Shown piece after piece: positions 20,802 through 29,928 of a stretch of DNA of 64,000 nucleotides. The stretch is from Parcubacteria bacterium C7867-004 (GTDB lineage Bacteria > Patescibacteriota > Minisyncoccia > Phycocordibacterales > Phycocordibacteraceae): NCBI GenBank assembly GCA_001189075.1, contig LFCN01000006.1, positions 321,746 through 385,745 of the forward strand, written 5' to 3'. The notes beneath the pieces are model-generated. The model saw only the letters and a list, made by a program, of their open reading frames with translations. It was not told the origin of the DNA and searched no databases. Every line of letters begins with the position of its first letter. The stretch's first letter is position 1. A program made the translations under genes and the position numbers.

Positions 20802-21968
20802 TTACGGCAAGAATTGCTTGAGGAATTTCTGCGCAGTGGCGACGAAATCGATCATGGTTGATTTTTTCGGGGTGTCGGTGTCGCCGGTAAGTCCCCAGAG
20901 CGCAAGGCCATAGGCAACGGCCCAAGTGGCGTCGCGCACTTTCGTCTCCGGCGGAACCTTGAGGTCGGCGATACGGGAAGGAAGGTTGAGGGTTCCTTTG
21001 GCGATATCGATGATGGAGCCCTGGCCGCTCGCTCCTCCGGAGATGATGATGCCGGCAGGGAGCGTGCCGCGACGACCGAGTACCTTGAGATGCTTATCAA
21101 TAAGCTCGAACATGGTACGGAAGCGGGTGGTAACTATTTCCTCGACGCGCTTGCGCGGATACATCGCGCCGCCGAGACGACCGAGCTTGAGGCGCTCCGC
21201 GTCCTCGATGGAGACCTTGAATCCGAGCGCGAGATCGTCGGTGATATTGGTCGAGCCGATAGGGAATACTTTTACGGAAATAGGGAGGCCTTCGTCATAC
21301 ACCACGATAGACACGGTCTCAGCACCAATGTTTGCGAGAACGCAGCCCTTCATCTTCTGGTCCTTGGTGAGAGTCACATAGGAGCCGGCGAGCGGGGAGG
21401 CCATGCGGTCGATAACCTCGACGTCAGCGGCCTCAGCGCATGCGGTGAGGGCCTCTGCGTGCTGGGTAAGGCAGGTGACGAAGAGGTACTCGCCTTCAAG
21501 GCGGGTGCCCTTGAGACCGATCGGCTCTCCGAGCGACTTTGCGCCGTCCACGCGGAAGGAAAGCGGGATCTCATGGAGGATGGTGCGATTAAGGAAATGG
21601 GGTTTCGCTGCCTCGCGCGCCATATCGAGTACCTTCTCGAGATCGAGATCGGTTATCTCCTGGTCAGCGCGCGAGATGATGGTCTCGCCGCTCGCACGGA
21701 TCTCGTCGAGTGAGATGCCGCCGATGGCGAGGAATCCTTTCTTGATGGGTACGCGCGCGATCTGCTCCGCCTGCTGGCGCGCAAGCCTCACTGAGGCCGC
21801 GGCGTCCTCGGTATCGACGACGTACCCGTGGCGCATGCCACGGCTCTCGGCGAGGCCCGTACCGATGATATGAAGTTCCGGCCCCTCCGGCGTCTGCACC
21901 TCTTCTACCACCACGACTTTCGTCTGGTGCGTGCCGATATCAATGCCGGTGGCGATTCGTCGGGGCAT
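20802..21968 (-). CDS. ftsA: cell division protein FtsA
   Basis: GIDIGT, NIGAET, ITDDLA, SGG; directly upstream of ftsZ. Confidence 0.93.
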   Translation of the reverse strand: MPRRIATGIDIGTHQTKVVVVEEVQTPEGPELHIIGTGLAESRGMRHGYVVDTEDAAASVRLARQQAEQIARVPIKKGFLAIGGISLDEIRASGETIISRADQEITDLDLEKVLDMAREAAKPHFLNRTILHEIPLSFRVDGAKSLGEPIGLKGTRLEGEYLFVTCLTQHAEALTACAEAADVEVIDRMASPLAGSYVTLTKDQKMKGCVLANIGAETVSIVVYDEGLPISVKVFPIGSTNITDDLALGFKVSIEDAERLKLGRLGGAMYPRKRVEEIVTTRFRTMFELIDKHLKVLGRRGTLPAGIIISGGASGQGSIIDIAKGTLNLPSRIADLKVPPETKVRDATWAVAYGLALWGLTGDTDTPKKSTMIDFVATAQKFLKQFLP

Positions 21969-22368
21969 GTGAAGAAGAGCGTGAAGAACGATTAGTAAGA
22001 CGCTTGAGGATCAAGCGTTCCTGTCGCTCCATTGTAGTGCCGTGTGCCTGTCCTTTCAAATGCAGACATCCGTGGATAAAGAGGAATCCGACGAATTCAG
22101 TATAGTGCATGCCATAGTCGGGAGCCTGTTTCTTTGCAACCTCGAGACAGATGATGATCTCGCCGCTGTGCTTCCCGGTCTCGTACGAGAGAACATTCGG
22201 CACGTAATCTTTTTTGCGAAGCACTTCATTCAGATGCTTCGCCCGCTTCGTACCAGAAAATACGAGCGACATATCCCAGCCGGGAAGGGTAGCAGCGAGT
22301 GCCTTGGCATACGGAAAGTTCGGCACCGGCTGGCGCGTGAAGTTGCGAGTATCGAGCATGCTCTTCAT
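21940..22368 (-). CDS. ybeY: rRNA maturation RNase YbeY
   Basis: PNVLSY, GEIIIC, HGCLHLKGQAH. Confidence 0.9.
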   Translation of the reverse strand: MKSMLDTRNFTRQPVPNFPYAKALAATLPGWDMSLVFSGTKRAKHLNEVLRKKDYVPNVLSYETGKHSGEIIICLEVAKKQAPDYGMHYTEFVGFLFIHGCLHLKGQAHGTTMERQERLILKRLTNRSSRSSSHAPTNRHRH

Positions 22369-22411
22369 CAGTTCGAGTATAAACGAAAAGAGCGCCGGAA
22401 GGCGCTCTATC

Positions 22412-22672
22412 CTACTTGCGGCCGCGGGTCTTGCGGGCAGCCGGATCGATCTTCCCGAGCTTCACCTGCTCGTTGTAAGCGGCGCGGCGGGCTCCAGCGA
22501 CCATGGCGCGCATGTGGTCCACGTTCTTGGACTTGGTACGTGCGTAATAGCGGCGCTTCCTGAGGGCACGAACGAGACCGAGGCCCTGGCCACGGCGGGA
22601 GAAACGGCGGATGAGCGAGGCTGAGCTCTCGTTCTTACCGCGCTTGACCTCTACGCGTACTGCGTTTTGCAT
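22412..22672 (-). CDS. rpsU: 30S ribosomal protein bS21-like
   Basis: VEVKRGKNES..SLIRRF..RKRRYY; small and basic. Confidence 0.7.
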   Translation of the reverse strand: MQNAVRVEVKRGKNESSASLIRRFSRRGQGLGLVRALRKRRYYARTKSKNVDHMRAMVAGARRAAYNEQVKLGKIDPAARKTRGRK

Positions 22673-22711
22673 ATCAGGAGAATAGCATAGCGAATAGCCC
22701 TATGTCTAGCC

Positions 22712-23875
22712 TTACGCTACGAGCTTGAGGCGGTCTATAAGACCATCGAGCGGCAGGAAGATCTCGGTGTGGGTGGAGCGCTCCCGGAGGATCACATTGC
22801 GCTCGAGTGCCTCTTTTCGTCCCATGATGAGGAGGTATTGCGGGTCGGCAAGGTCCGCCAGGCGCATCTGCTCTGAAAGCGAAGCGACGCCCATGGCTTG
22901 GGTAAGCGGGATGCGGGCACGGCGGAGGTCGTCAGCCATCTTCATGCTCTCGCGCTTGGCTTCGTCACCGATATGCACGAAGACGAAGCGAGGCGCTCCG
23001 CGCTCTTTCACGGGCGTGACCTGTTCGCGTCCGTCGGAGGCTATGCGGATAACTGCGCCTACCGAATGCACGCCGCTCTTGAAGAACGGGCGCGTAAGAT
23101 CATTGTAGCGGGAGCCCCAGGCGGTCCCGTCCGGCGTCTCAACCGTGAAGCAAGTCTCGGTCCAAGAGGCACCCCGGGAAAGCAGGCTCGGGACGAGCTC
23201 GTACGGCGTGTCGGTGGTCTCAAGATACTCGAGTACCGCCTCGAAGTGCTTGCGGCTCGCTTCCGAGAGGTGATCGGTCGGGCTCGGCATGCCGTCCGCC
23301 TCTTCCTTCATGCAGGCGAGGAGCTCCGCGGCTTCGAATACTTCGCCCTGGCGCGCACGCTCCACGCAATCGGTCGGAAGGATCGGTCCGTGTTTGCGGA
23401 AGAATTGGGTAAGCTCCCGCGCAAAGCGGCTGCGCGTCTCGCGATCGCCCATACTGTTCAATTTCAGATGCGGCTCGGACTTGGAAAGGTCGCCGAGCAG
23501 GGAACGCACGGTGCGGATGAGAACCGCGTCAGCAATAGCGTGCTCCACGCCGAGCACATGGAACTGTATGAGAATCTGCTTCGGTGCGGGACGCCCTGCA
23601 GCGATGTTCGTGTGCCACAGAAAGAGCGGCTGAGTATTAGATGGCGTGATGCCGGCATCACGCACCTGTTTCAGGAGCGAGACAACCTCGCGCGCACTCG
23701 GATCAAGAGCTTCGAGATTGAGTCCGTCGGGATAGGGACCGCGAGCGCCTTTCCCGCGGTTAGCGAGCGCGAGTTGCGAGAGAGGGGTGAATCCATAATA
23801 GTTTCCGACTGCGTGTGCGCGCTTGAGGATGTCGCTCGGTTCACGAACGGCGCGATGTGCAGTGGCGGTACTCAT
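22712..23875 (-). CDS. degenerate HisRS-like paralog with intact anticodon-binding domain
   Basis: YYGF, LNSMGDRE, HFEAVLEYLE..PYEL..LLSRG, GSRYNDL, C-terminal HGTP-type domain; class II motifs eroded. Confidence 0.7.
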   Translation of the reverse strand: MSTATAHRAVREPSDILKRAHAVGNYYGFTPLSQLALANRGKGARGPYPDGLNLEALDPSAREVVSLLKQVRDAGITPSNTQPLFLWHTNIAAGRPAPKQILIQFHVLGVEHAIADAVLIRTVRSLLGDLSKSEPHLKLNSMGDRETRSRFARELTQFFRKHGPILPTDCVERARQGEVFEAAELLACMKEEADGMPSPTDHLSEASRKHFEAVLEYLETTDTPYELVPSLLSRGASWTETCFTVETPDGTAWGSRYNDLTRPFFKSGVHSVGAVIRIASDGREQVTPVKERGAPRFVFVHIGDEAKRESMKMADDLRRARIPLTQAMGVASLSEQMRLADLADPQYLLIMGRKEALERNVILRERSTHTEIFLPLDGLIDRLKLVA

Positions 23876-24423
23876 TGGATTTCGGTAACGGCTCCAGGAA
23901 GGACACCCGTCTTTCCGGCAGGAAGCAGGCGGATGTACGCGCGGCCCATGAGATCTTCCTTCGGAAGGACGCCCCAGGTGCGCGAGTCCGAGCTGCGCGG
24001 ACGATTGTCGCCCATAACGAAGTACTGATCGGTGCCGAGGCTGCGATCGAGCGTGTAGGTAGCGTCTTCTGCTACGACATAGGATTCATCGAGCTCGATC
24101 TCCATGCCATCGGTCTTGGTGATGCTCGTCTTACCTTTGTTTATGTGAACGGTCTCACCGGGAAGGCCGATGATGCGCTTTATATAGAAGACTTTCGGGT
24201 TTATCGGATAGCGGAACACGACGACATCGCCGCGTTTCGGATTCTCGAGACGGTAGGTGAGCTGGTCGACGATGAGATAGTCGCCGCTCTCGAACGTCGG
24301 GAACATGCTGTCTCCCTCAACGACGAATGGCTGCGCAACGAACACGCGTAGTGGCGCGACGATGATAAGGGCAAGGATTGCGAGAAAGAAAATCTCTTTG
24401 AACGCACCCCCGGGAACTTTCAT
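23872..24423 (-). CDS. lepB: signal peptidase I
   Basis: GDSMFPT, YIKRIIGLPGE, MGDNR..SSDSR. Confidence 0.95.
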   Translation of the reverse strand: MKVPGGAFKEIFFLAILALIIVAPLRVFVAQPFVVEGDSMFPTFESGDYLIVDQLTYRLENPKRGDVVVFRYPINPKVFYIKRIIGLPGETVHINKGKTSITKTDGMEIELDESYVVAEDATYTLDRSLGTDQYFVMGDNRPRSSDSRTWGVLPKEDLMGRAYIRLLPAGKTGVLPGAVTEIQ

Positions 24424-24716
24424 GCGCGTATTGTATTCCTCTTAGTTGGCGCGTCAACTTTTCTGCTTCTTGCACGACGCACATCGTATGAAATGCAACA
24501 GGAGCGGGGTCGTCGCAAGCGACGACCCCATCCGAATGCATGCATGAGAAACGATCAGGTTGATAGGGCTTGTCCAAACTCTACACGGGGCCTGTCTCAT
24601 CGGCGTTCTGCAGCAGCATACGGCGCTTCCCCAACGGAAACACGTGAACTCTCCTGCTCGAATCGTACACCCGTTGCGTGCGGGCGCGCAGGTTATCCCC
24701 CTGCTATGATGCGCGC

Positions 24717-25478
24717 ATGAGAATAGAGGAGCTGATGCTCAAGAATCGCGACGGGAAGCGCATGCCGGCAACGGTATCGCTCCCTGACGGGGTGCAGAAA
24801 GGCGTCGCGATTATATTGCACGGAGTAGGCGGATGGAAAGATCAGAATCTGCATGTCGTAGTCGCGTCTACGCTCGCTGAAGAAGGCTACGCGGTGTTCA
24901 GATTTTCGGAATCTGACGCGGTGACGAGCCCGGACGGCGACTTCTTCCACGAGACGATGACCCAATACGGCAAGGACCTGGAAGATGCGATCGCGCACCT
25001 ACAAGAACAGTCCTGGTTCCAGGGCACGTTCGTGCTCATCGGGCATTCCATGGGCGGCTTACTCGCCACGTGGTATGCGGCGAGACATACCGAAGCAGTA
25101 TCGAAGCTCGTACTGCTCGCGCCTGCCATCTCCTGGAAGATGATGTGGTGGGGTCAGTTGCCGTTCGCGCTCCTTACGATCGTCCGCGGGCATGTCATGA
25201 AGCTCGGCATCGACGGGAAGAAGTATCTGCTCAGTCCGTTGTGGTGGCTCGATTTCTTCACATTCGATGGCTATGCGTACGCACGAAAGATAGACGTGCC
25301 GACATTGATCATCTCTGCCGAGCGTGATCATACGGTCGCGAAGCCGCGCGAGCATCGGATCTATACTCGGTTTTTTACAAGCGCCGAGCATTCGACGATA
25401 AGCTGGGCTGATCATGACTTCACGGGGTACGAAAGCGAACTGGCTGATACAATACGGAAATGGCTTACGTCATCCTAG
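24717..25478 (+). CDS. alpha/beta fold hydrolase
   Basis: ILHG, GHSMGG, RDHTV, ADHDF. Confidence 0.9.
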   Translation: MRIEELMLKNRDGKRMPATVSLPDGVQKGVAIILHGVGGWKDQNLHVVVASTLAEEGYAVFRFSESDAVTSPDGDFFHETMTQYGKDLEDAIAHLQEQSWFQGTFVLIGHSMGGLLATWYAARHTEAVSKLVLLAPAISWKMMWWGQLPFALLTIVRGHVMKLGIDGKKYLLSPLWWLDFFTFDGYAYARKIDVPTLIISAERDHTVAKPREHRIYTRFFTSAEHSTISWADHDFTGYESELADTIRKWLTSS

Positions 25479-26059
25479 GGCTTGGGAATCCAGGCGCAGA
25501 ATACGCGAAGACCCGGCATAACGCCGGAAGGATGGTCGCGGAGCTTCTTGCGAAAGAGGAAGGTCTTTCACCGTTTACACTTAAGAAGACAGCACAGGCG
25601 CTCGTGTCAGATGGCACTCTCGACGGAGAGAAGACCGTCATCGCGCTCCCGGAAGTATTCATGAATCACTCGGGAAAGACCGCGCTCGCATTGGTGAAGT
25701 CGAAGGCGGCCGCAAAGAAGCTGCTCGTGATCCGTGACGATCTCGACCTCCCGCTCGGCGTCATCAAGATGACCGGATACGGGCGAGGCGCAGGGGGCCA
25801 TAAGGGAATCGAGAGCATCATGCGCGCTTTGAAGACGAAGGACTTCGCGCAGATGAAGATCGGCATCTCGGGATCGACCCCTAAAGGAAAGCTGAAGAAG
25901 GTCTCTGGCGAAGAGAAGGTTATAAGTCACGTCATCGGGAAGTTCAAGCCGGCGGAGGAAGCGGTGCTCAAGAAGACGCTCAAGAAAGCATCGGAAGCGG
26001 CGCGGTTATTCGTCTCCGACGGCATCGAGAAGGCGATGCTCGTCGCCAATACGAAATAA
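25460..26059 (+). CDS. pth: peptidyl-tRNA hydrolase
   Basis: GLGNPG..YAKTRHNAG, FMNHSG, DDLDLP, GGHKG. Confidence 0.95.
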   Translation: MAYVILGLGNPGAEYAKTRHNAGRMVAELLAKEEGLSPFTLKKTAQALVSDGTLDGEKTVIALPEVFMNHSGKTALALVKSKAAAKKLLVIRDDLDLPLGVIKMTGYGRGAGGHKGIESIMRALKTKDFAQMKIGISGSTPKGKLKKVSGEEKVISHVIGKFKPAEEAVLKKTLKKASEAARLFVSDGIEKAMLVANTK

Positions 26060-26116
26060 TTGACCCTGATTCGTTCGAGCGTACACTGCAGCGGTAGCGG
26101 TCCTTGGGAGGACAGA

Positions 26117-26458
26117 ATGGTAAAAGATACGGATCAGCCGCCGGGCATCGCGATACTTCAGGATCATCTAGGCTTTTCCGTCCCCTCTCGACTGCCCGGA
26201 TCGCTCGTTCGTTGCGTAGTGCTCTCATACGGGAACGGCAGTTTCGAATCGATGCGGTTACGTGTGCATATCATCCCGTCCGGGAGGCATCGACTTCCCG
26301 GGTTCGGTCGACGTACACGCCACCATGTCGTCAAGTGGTGGAAATTCCCTTCGGTTGAGAATGCGATTGTCCTTCTCACTATGAAAGAGGCGCGCGATCT
26401 CGAAAAGCAGTTTTCGTTCCTTATGGATGGGATGGGGAATAAGGTTGGAAGGAAATAA
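26117..26458 (+). CDS. hypothetical orphan protein
   Basis: TTGACC-N16-TACACT promoter, GGGAGG SD, terminator at about 26463-26495. Confidence 0.6.
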   Translation: MVKDTDQPPGIAILQDHLGFSVPSRLPGSLVRCVVLSYGNGSFESMRLRVHIIPSGRHRLPGFGRRTRHHVVKWWKFPSVENAIVLLTMKEARDLEKQFSFLMDGMGNKVGRK

Positions 26459-26507
26459 AAGACGCCCGAAGCGGATGCTTCGGGCGCTTTCTTTGTATTA
26501 CGAGCTC

Positions 26508-27641
26508 TTACTTCTTCTTTCCTGCGTATGCGAGCGTCATGCGCTGGTCCTTCGGTTCGAAGAGGGTGATCGTGAACGGGTAGGTCTTGCCGAGCTCGAG
26601 CTCCTCGCGAAGCGTCGATGGGGAAGCGAACTCGCTGATGTGCACCAGTCCGGCGACGCCTTCCTCGATGGAAGCGAGCGCGCCGTGCTTGTTGTACTTG
26701 ATGATGACACCGGAGACTTCCATGCCCTTCTGGTACCGCTCGGACGCGGTCTTCCATGGGTTCTCCTTGAGCGCCTTCACCGAAAGCGATACCTTGCCAT
26801 CCTTCACTTCGATGACCTTCACCTTTACGGTGTCACCGACCTTGAAGAGCGTGCGAGGATCCTCAACGAGTCCCCAATCGAGCTCCGAGATGTGCACGAG
26901 GCCCTCAAGACCCTGCTCGAGCTTCACGAAGACACCGAAGTCGACAGCGCCCGTGACCTCGCCGTCAACGACGTCGCCAACCTGGTACTTGTCGACGAGC
27001 GATGCCTTCTCGTTCTCCTCATCGCCCTGACGCTCGGAGAAGATGAGCTTGCCCTCCTTCGCGTCGGCCGTGATGATTCGGACCGAAAGCATGGTGCCGG
27101 CGAGCTTCTGCAGCTCCTGGAAGATCTTGTCCTTATCACCCTCGGGAACGCGTGGGTAGTGGTCCTTCGTAAGCTGGGACGCAGGGAGGAAGCCTTGGAT
27201 GCCCTGCCACGAGAGGATGAGTCCACCCTTGTTCGCCTCGTCAACCGTGAGGGTGTAGACGGCCTGTGAGGCGATAGCCTGCTCAGCTTCGCTCCAGATA
27301 GCAGCCTGACGAGCCTCCTTAAGGGAAAGCTCGATGTAGCCGTCGAGGCCGGCGGCATCGACAACCTTTGCTGAAATAGTGTCGCCCGGATTCGCCTTGC
27401 GGAGAACGTCTGCGGCGTTGAGGTACTCGCGACCGTAGATGATGCCGGTACCGAATGGCGGGAGGTCGACATAGAGACGACCGCGCACGAGCTCGATGAT
27501 GGTTCCCTCGACGAGGTCGCCGACGCGCGGAGGCACCGGGATCGAATCGATGAGCTTCTCCATCGCGTGACCCTCGGGGATCACGATGGTTGAGACGACC
27601 GGCGGAGCCTTGCGCTCCTGCGTCTGCGTTTCTTCTGGCAT
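26508..27641 (-). CDS. rpsA: ribosomal protein bS1 (short S1-domain protein)
   Basis: Repeated S1 domains: IQGFLPASQL, FGVFV..EGLVHISE, AGLVHISE. Confidence 0.9.
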   Translation of the reverse strand: MPEETQTQERKAPPVVSTIVIPEGHAMEKLIDSIPVPPRVGDLVEGTIIELVRGRLYVDLPPFGTGIIYGREYLNAADVLRKANPGDTISAKVVDAAGLDGYIELSLKEARQAAIWSEAEQAIASQAVYTLTVDEANKGGLILSWQGIQGFLPASQLTKDHYPRVPEGDKDKIFQELQKLAGTMLSVRIITADAKEGKLIFSERQGDEENEKASLVDKYQVGDVVDGEVTGAVDFGVFVKLEQGLEGLVHISELDWGLVEDPRTLFKVGDTVKVKVIEVKDGKVSLSVKALKENPWKTASERYQKGMEVSGVIIKYNKHGALASIEEGVAGLVHISEFASPSTLREELELGKTYPFTITLFEPKDQRMTLAYAGKKK

Positions 27642-27761
27642 GTAGTAATTGGCGGGGCGTCGTGTGCGATGGGTACTAGCTACCGTGAGGCATGCTAGGG
27701 ATAGCCCATTCGCGGCCTATATACGCCCGCGCGATAGGGGATTTGTAGCACGGAATGCATA

Positions 27762-28005
27762 AAAAAAGAAGCCCCGGAGGACTTTTGGAAAGATCGGACA
27801 CCCTTACGGCTTGCCGGATGTTCGGGCAGGCCGAGGTGTTTTTGGTGTTGCTCCCTGAGTCACGGCTTCGATCTCGAAAGCGTCGACCGGATGCAGGAAA
27901 CCCCTCCTGCATACGCGGGCGGTGGGGCCGACTATGCCGGCAGTGCGACGGGCATGTGCTATCACGCGCTGAACCTTCTCTAGAACATTCGAACTCAAAC
28001 GAGAT
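27762..28005 (-). ncRNA. candidate structured RNA (alternatively a 53-aa GTG-start ORF)
   Basis: TGcTATGAT promoter at about 28011-28020, several hairpins, terminator AGTCCTCCGGGGCT followed by a T-tract. Confidence 0.35.
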
Positions 28006-28176
28006 GCTCGTATCATAGCACGGAATGCCAACGTGTCGAGGTGGGTATAAAACGACAAAAGGCTTCCGGTGAGGAAGTCTTTGTACTTGATCCGCAAGCG
28101 AATCAAAGAAAGTTCATAGAAAACCGATGAAGGGCGGGTCGGGGGTGGCGCTGGGCCACCCCCTCTTCTCCGCGGT

Positions 28177-28557
28177 TCAGGCCGTCATGTGGCCGGAGTC
28201 GTCGGCGCCGCCCAGGTGCACGTGGCCGATGCGTTCGCTCGGCTGCCCGGTGTCGGTCGGCGACGTTTCGGTGATGCCGGAGCCGCTGGCGGTGTCGCCG
28301 AGGCCGTTGTCGATCATCGCCACGTGGCCGCTGTCGGAGCCGTTGCCCACCAGGTCGCTGCGCAGGTCCTTCATCGAGGCGCCGCCCGCGGTGATGCCGG
28401 AGCCGTCGTCCACGCTGATCAGGCCGCTGCCGCCGCTGTCGATGCCGGTCACGCGCGTCGGGTTCTGCAGGGTGCCGAAGCCGGCGGCCATGGAGCGATC
28501 GATACCTGAGCATGCGAGAGCCATCGCGGCCCCCATCATCAAATTCATGGTCTTCAT
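28177..28557 (-). CDS. GC-rich Gly/Ser/Asp repeat protein with possible signal or lipoprotein peptide
   Basis: GAGGA SD, TTGACA-N17-TACGTT promoter, strongly G/C-ending codons, repeated DxG and GSGIT units. Confidence 0.7.
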   Translation of the reverse strand: MKTMNLMMGAAMALACSGIDRSMAAGFGTLQNPTRVTGIDSGGSGLISVDDGSGITAGGASMKDLRSDLVGNGSDSGHVAMIDNGLGDTASGSGITETSPTDTGQPSERIGHVHLGGADDSGHMTA

Positions 28558-28810
28558 GTCGAAGTCCTCGCTTGCAAGTCGCCTCGTCCATTCGCTCGGA
28601 GTGAGCTAAGGCCGGCAACTTCGGAAACGTACCACCTTCTTCATCTATTGTCAACACCCCTGTGGATATGTCGTAATGATGAAGACTGTCCATAAACGAC
28701 TAAAGGACTCACCAAATGGTAAGTCCCGTGAATGATCTGTATTTGAAACGAAAGAGCTTGTGCGGGAGATGATTGACGACCACCACCTCCCGCACGCGCT
28801 TGCTCAGAGC

Positions 28811-29128
28811 CTATTCCGGCCCGCCGCCGCCCGGCGTCTGCGCCTCGGCAGTGACCGCGTCATCGCCATCGCCGCCATTGACCGACTCGGCCGGCGGATC
28901 GGCTTCAGCGGCCGGCTCGGGCTCGACAGCAGCTTCCGTCGCCGCGACCTCGACGACATCGCTCGCGGCGCCGCCCTTGGTGGAGTCGAGCCCGGCCTCG
29001 CTGGCGTCGGTCGTGTTGTCGCCGCCGCCCGCGCCGGTCTCGACGACGTCGCCGCCCGAGTCTTCGCCCATGGTCATGGAGCAGACGCTGCTGAAGAGGT
29101 GCATCTTGTCGATCGCACGCTTGTCCAT
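28811..29128 (-). CDS. GC-rich acidic low-complexity protein (105 aa)
   Basis: AAGGA SD, TTGACA-N17-TATTTT promoter, G/C-ending codons. Confidence 0.65.
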   Translation of the reverse strand: MDKRAIDKMHLFSSVCSMTMGEDSGGDVVETGAGGGDNTTDASEAGLDSTKGGAASDVVEVAATEAAVEPEPAAEADPPAESVNGGDGDDAVTAEAQTPGGGGPE

Positions 29129-29280
29129 CGATCTTTGTCCTTGTGTTTGCCCCCAGTTAAGTCCGGGTCGCGAAAGCAAAATACCACCCGTATGTAGTAT
29201 TGTCAATTTGCGGCCGGCGGAAGGGAATTCGAACGCGTGCGCTCGCGACATGAAGCGCCCTTCATGGTAAAATTGAGGTA

Positions 29281-29925
29281 ATGGTCATCACCCACCACGG
29301 CGGGCAATGCTTCAAAGTTACGCTTGGCGACCTCACCCTCGTCTTCGATCCCGTTTCTAAAGGCGGTACTCTTCCTGCGGTCCGCTTCGGCGCGGACATC
29401 GCCCTTGTTACTCGCAATCATCCCGATATGAATGGCACCGACGAAGTGTCATTTGGCGGCAAGGAGCCGTTCATTATCCGCGGACCGGGAGAATATGAGC
29501 ACTCGGGTGTTACGGTCCAGGGATTTCTCACCAAGAGTCAGTACGGGTTGCCGAAGAGCCAGCTCGACGCGGTGAACACAGTCTATGCGGTTACGCTCGA
29601 GGGCATGACGCTGGTGCACCTCGGTGCGCTCTCCGACACTGTGCTTTCACACGAGGCGAGGGAAGCCATCGATGATATCGATATCCTTTTCGTACCGGTG
29701 GGAGGCGATGGCGTACTGTCTCCGGCAGAAGCGAGCAAGCTCGCGGTCACGCTCCAGCCGAAGGTCATCATCCCGATGCACTGGGAAGGCATGGGCGAAG
29801 CCAAAGCGCTCGACTCGTTCCTTAAAGAAGAAGGAAGCAAGGACGCCGAGAAGGTCGACAAGCTGACTATCAAGAAGAAGGATGTCGCCGACAAGGACGG
29901 TGCTATCATAGTCGTAACGGCATAA
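29281..29925 (+). CDS. MBL-fold protein with degenerate metal motif
   Basis: FDP, TRNHPDMN (for THxHxDH), GPGEYE, HLGAL, DILFVPVGG, IPMHW. Confidence 0.8.
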   Translation: MVITHHGGQCFKVTLGDLTLVFDPVSKGGTLPAVRFGADIALVTRNHPDMNGTDEVSFGGKEPFIIRGPGEYEHSGVTVQGFLTKSQYGLPKSQLDAVNTVYAVTLEGMTLVHLGALSDTVLSHEAREAIDDIDILFVPVGGDGVLSPAEASKLAVTLQPKVIIPMHWEGMGEAKALDSFLKEEGSKDAEKVDKLTIKKKDVADKDGAIIVVTA

Positions 29926-29928
29926 CGT

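Noticed and set aside
28103-28693. Alternative-frame ORFs over the cassette (196, 160 and 106 aa)
   Set aside because: They cross the promoter or terminators; the 28177-28557 frame has the SD and the codon bias
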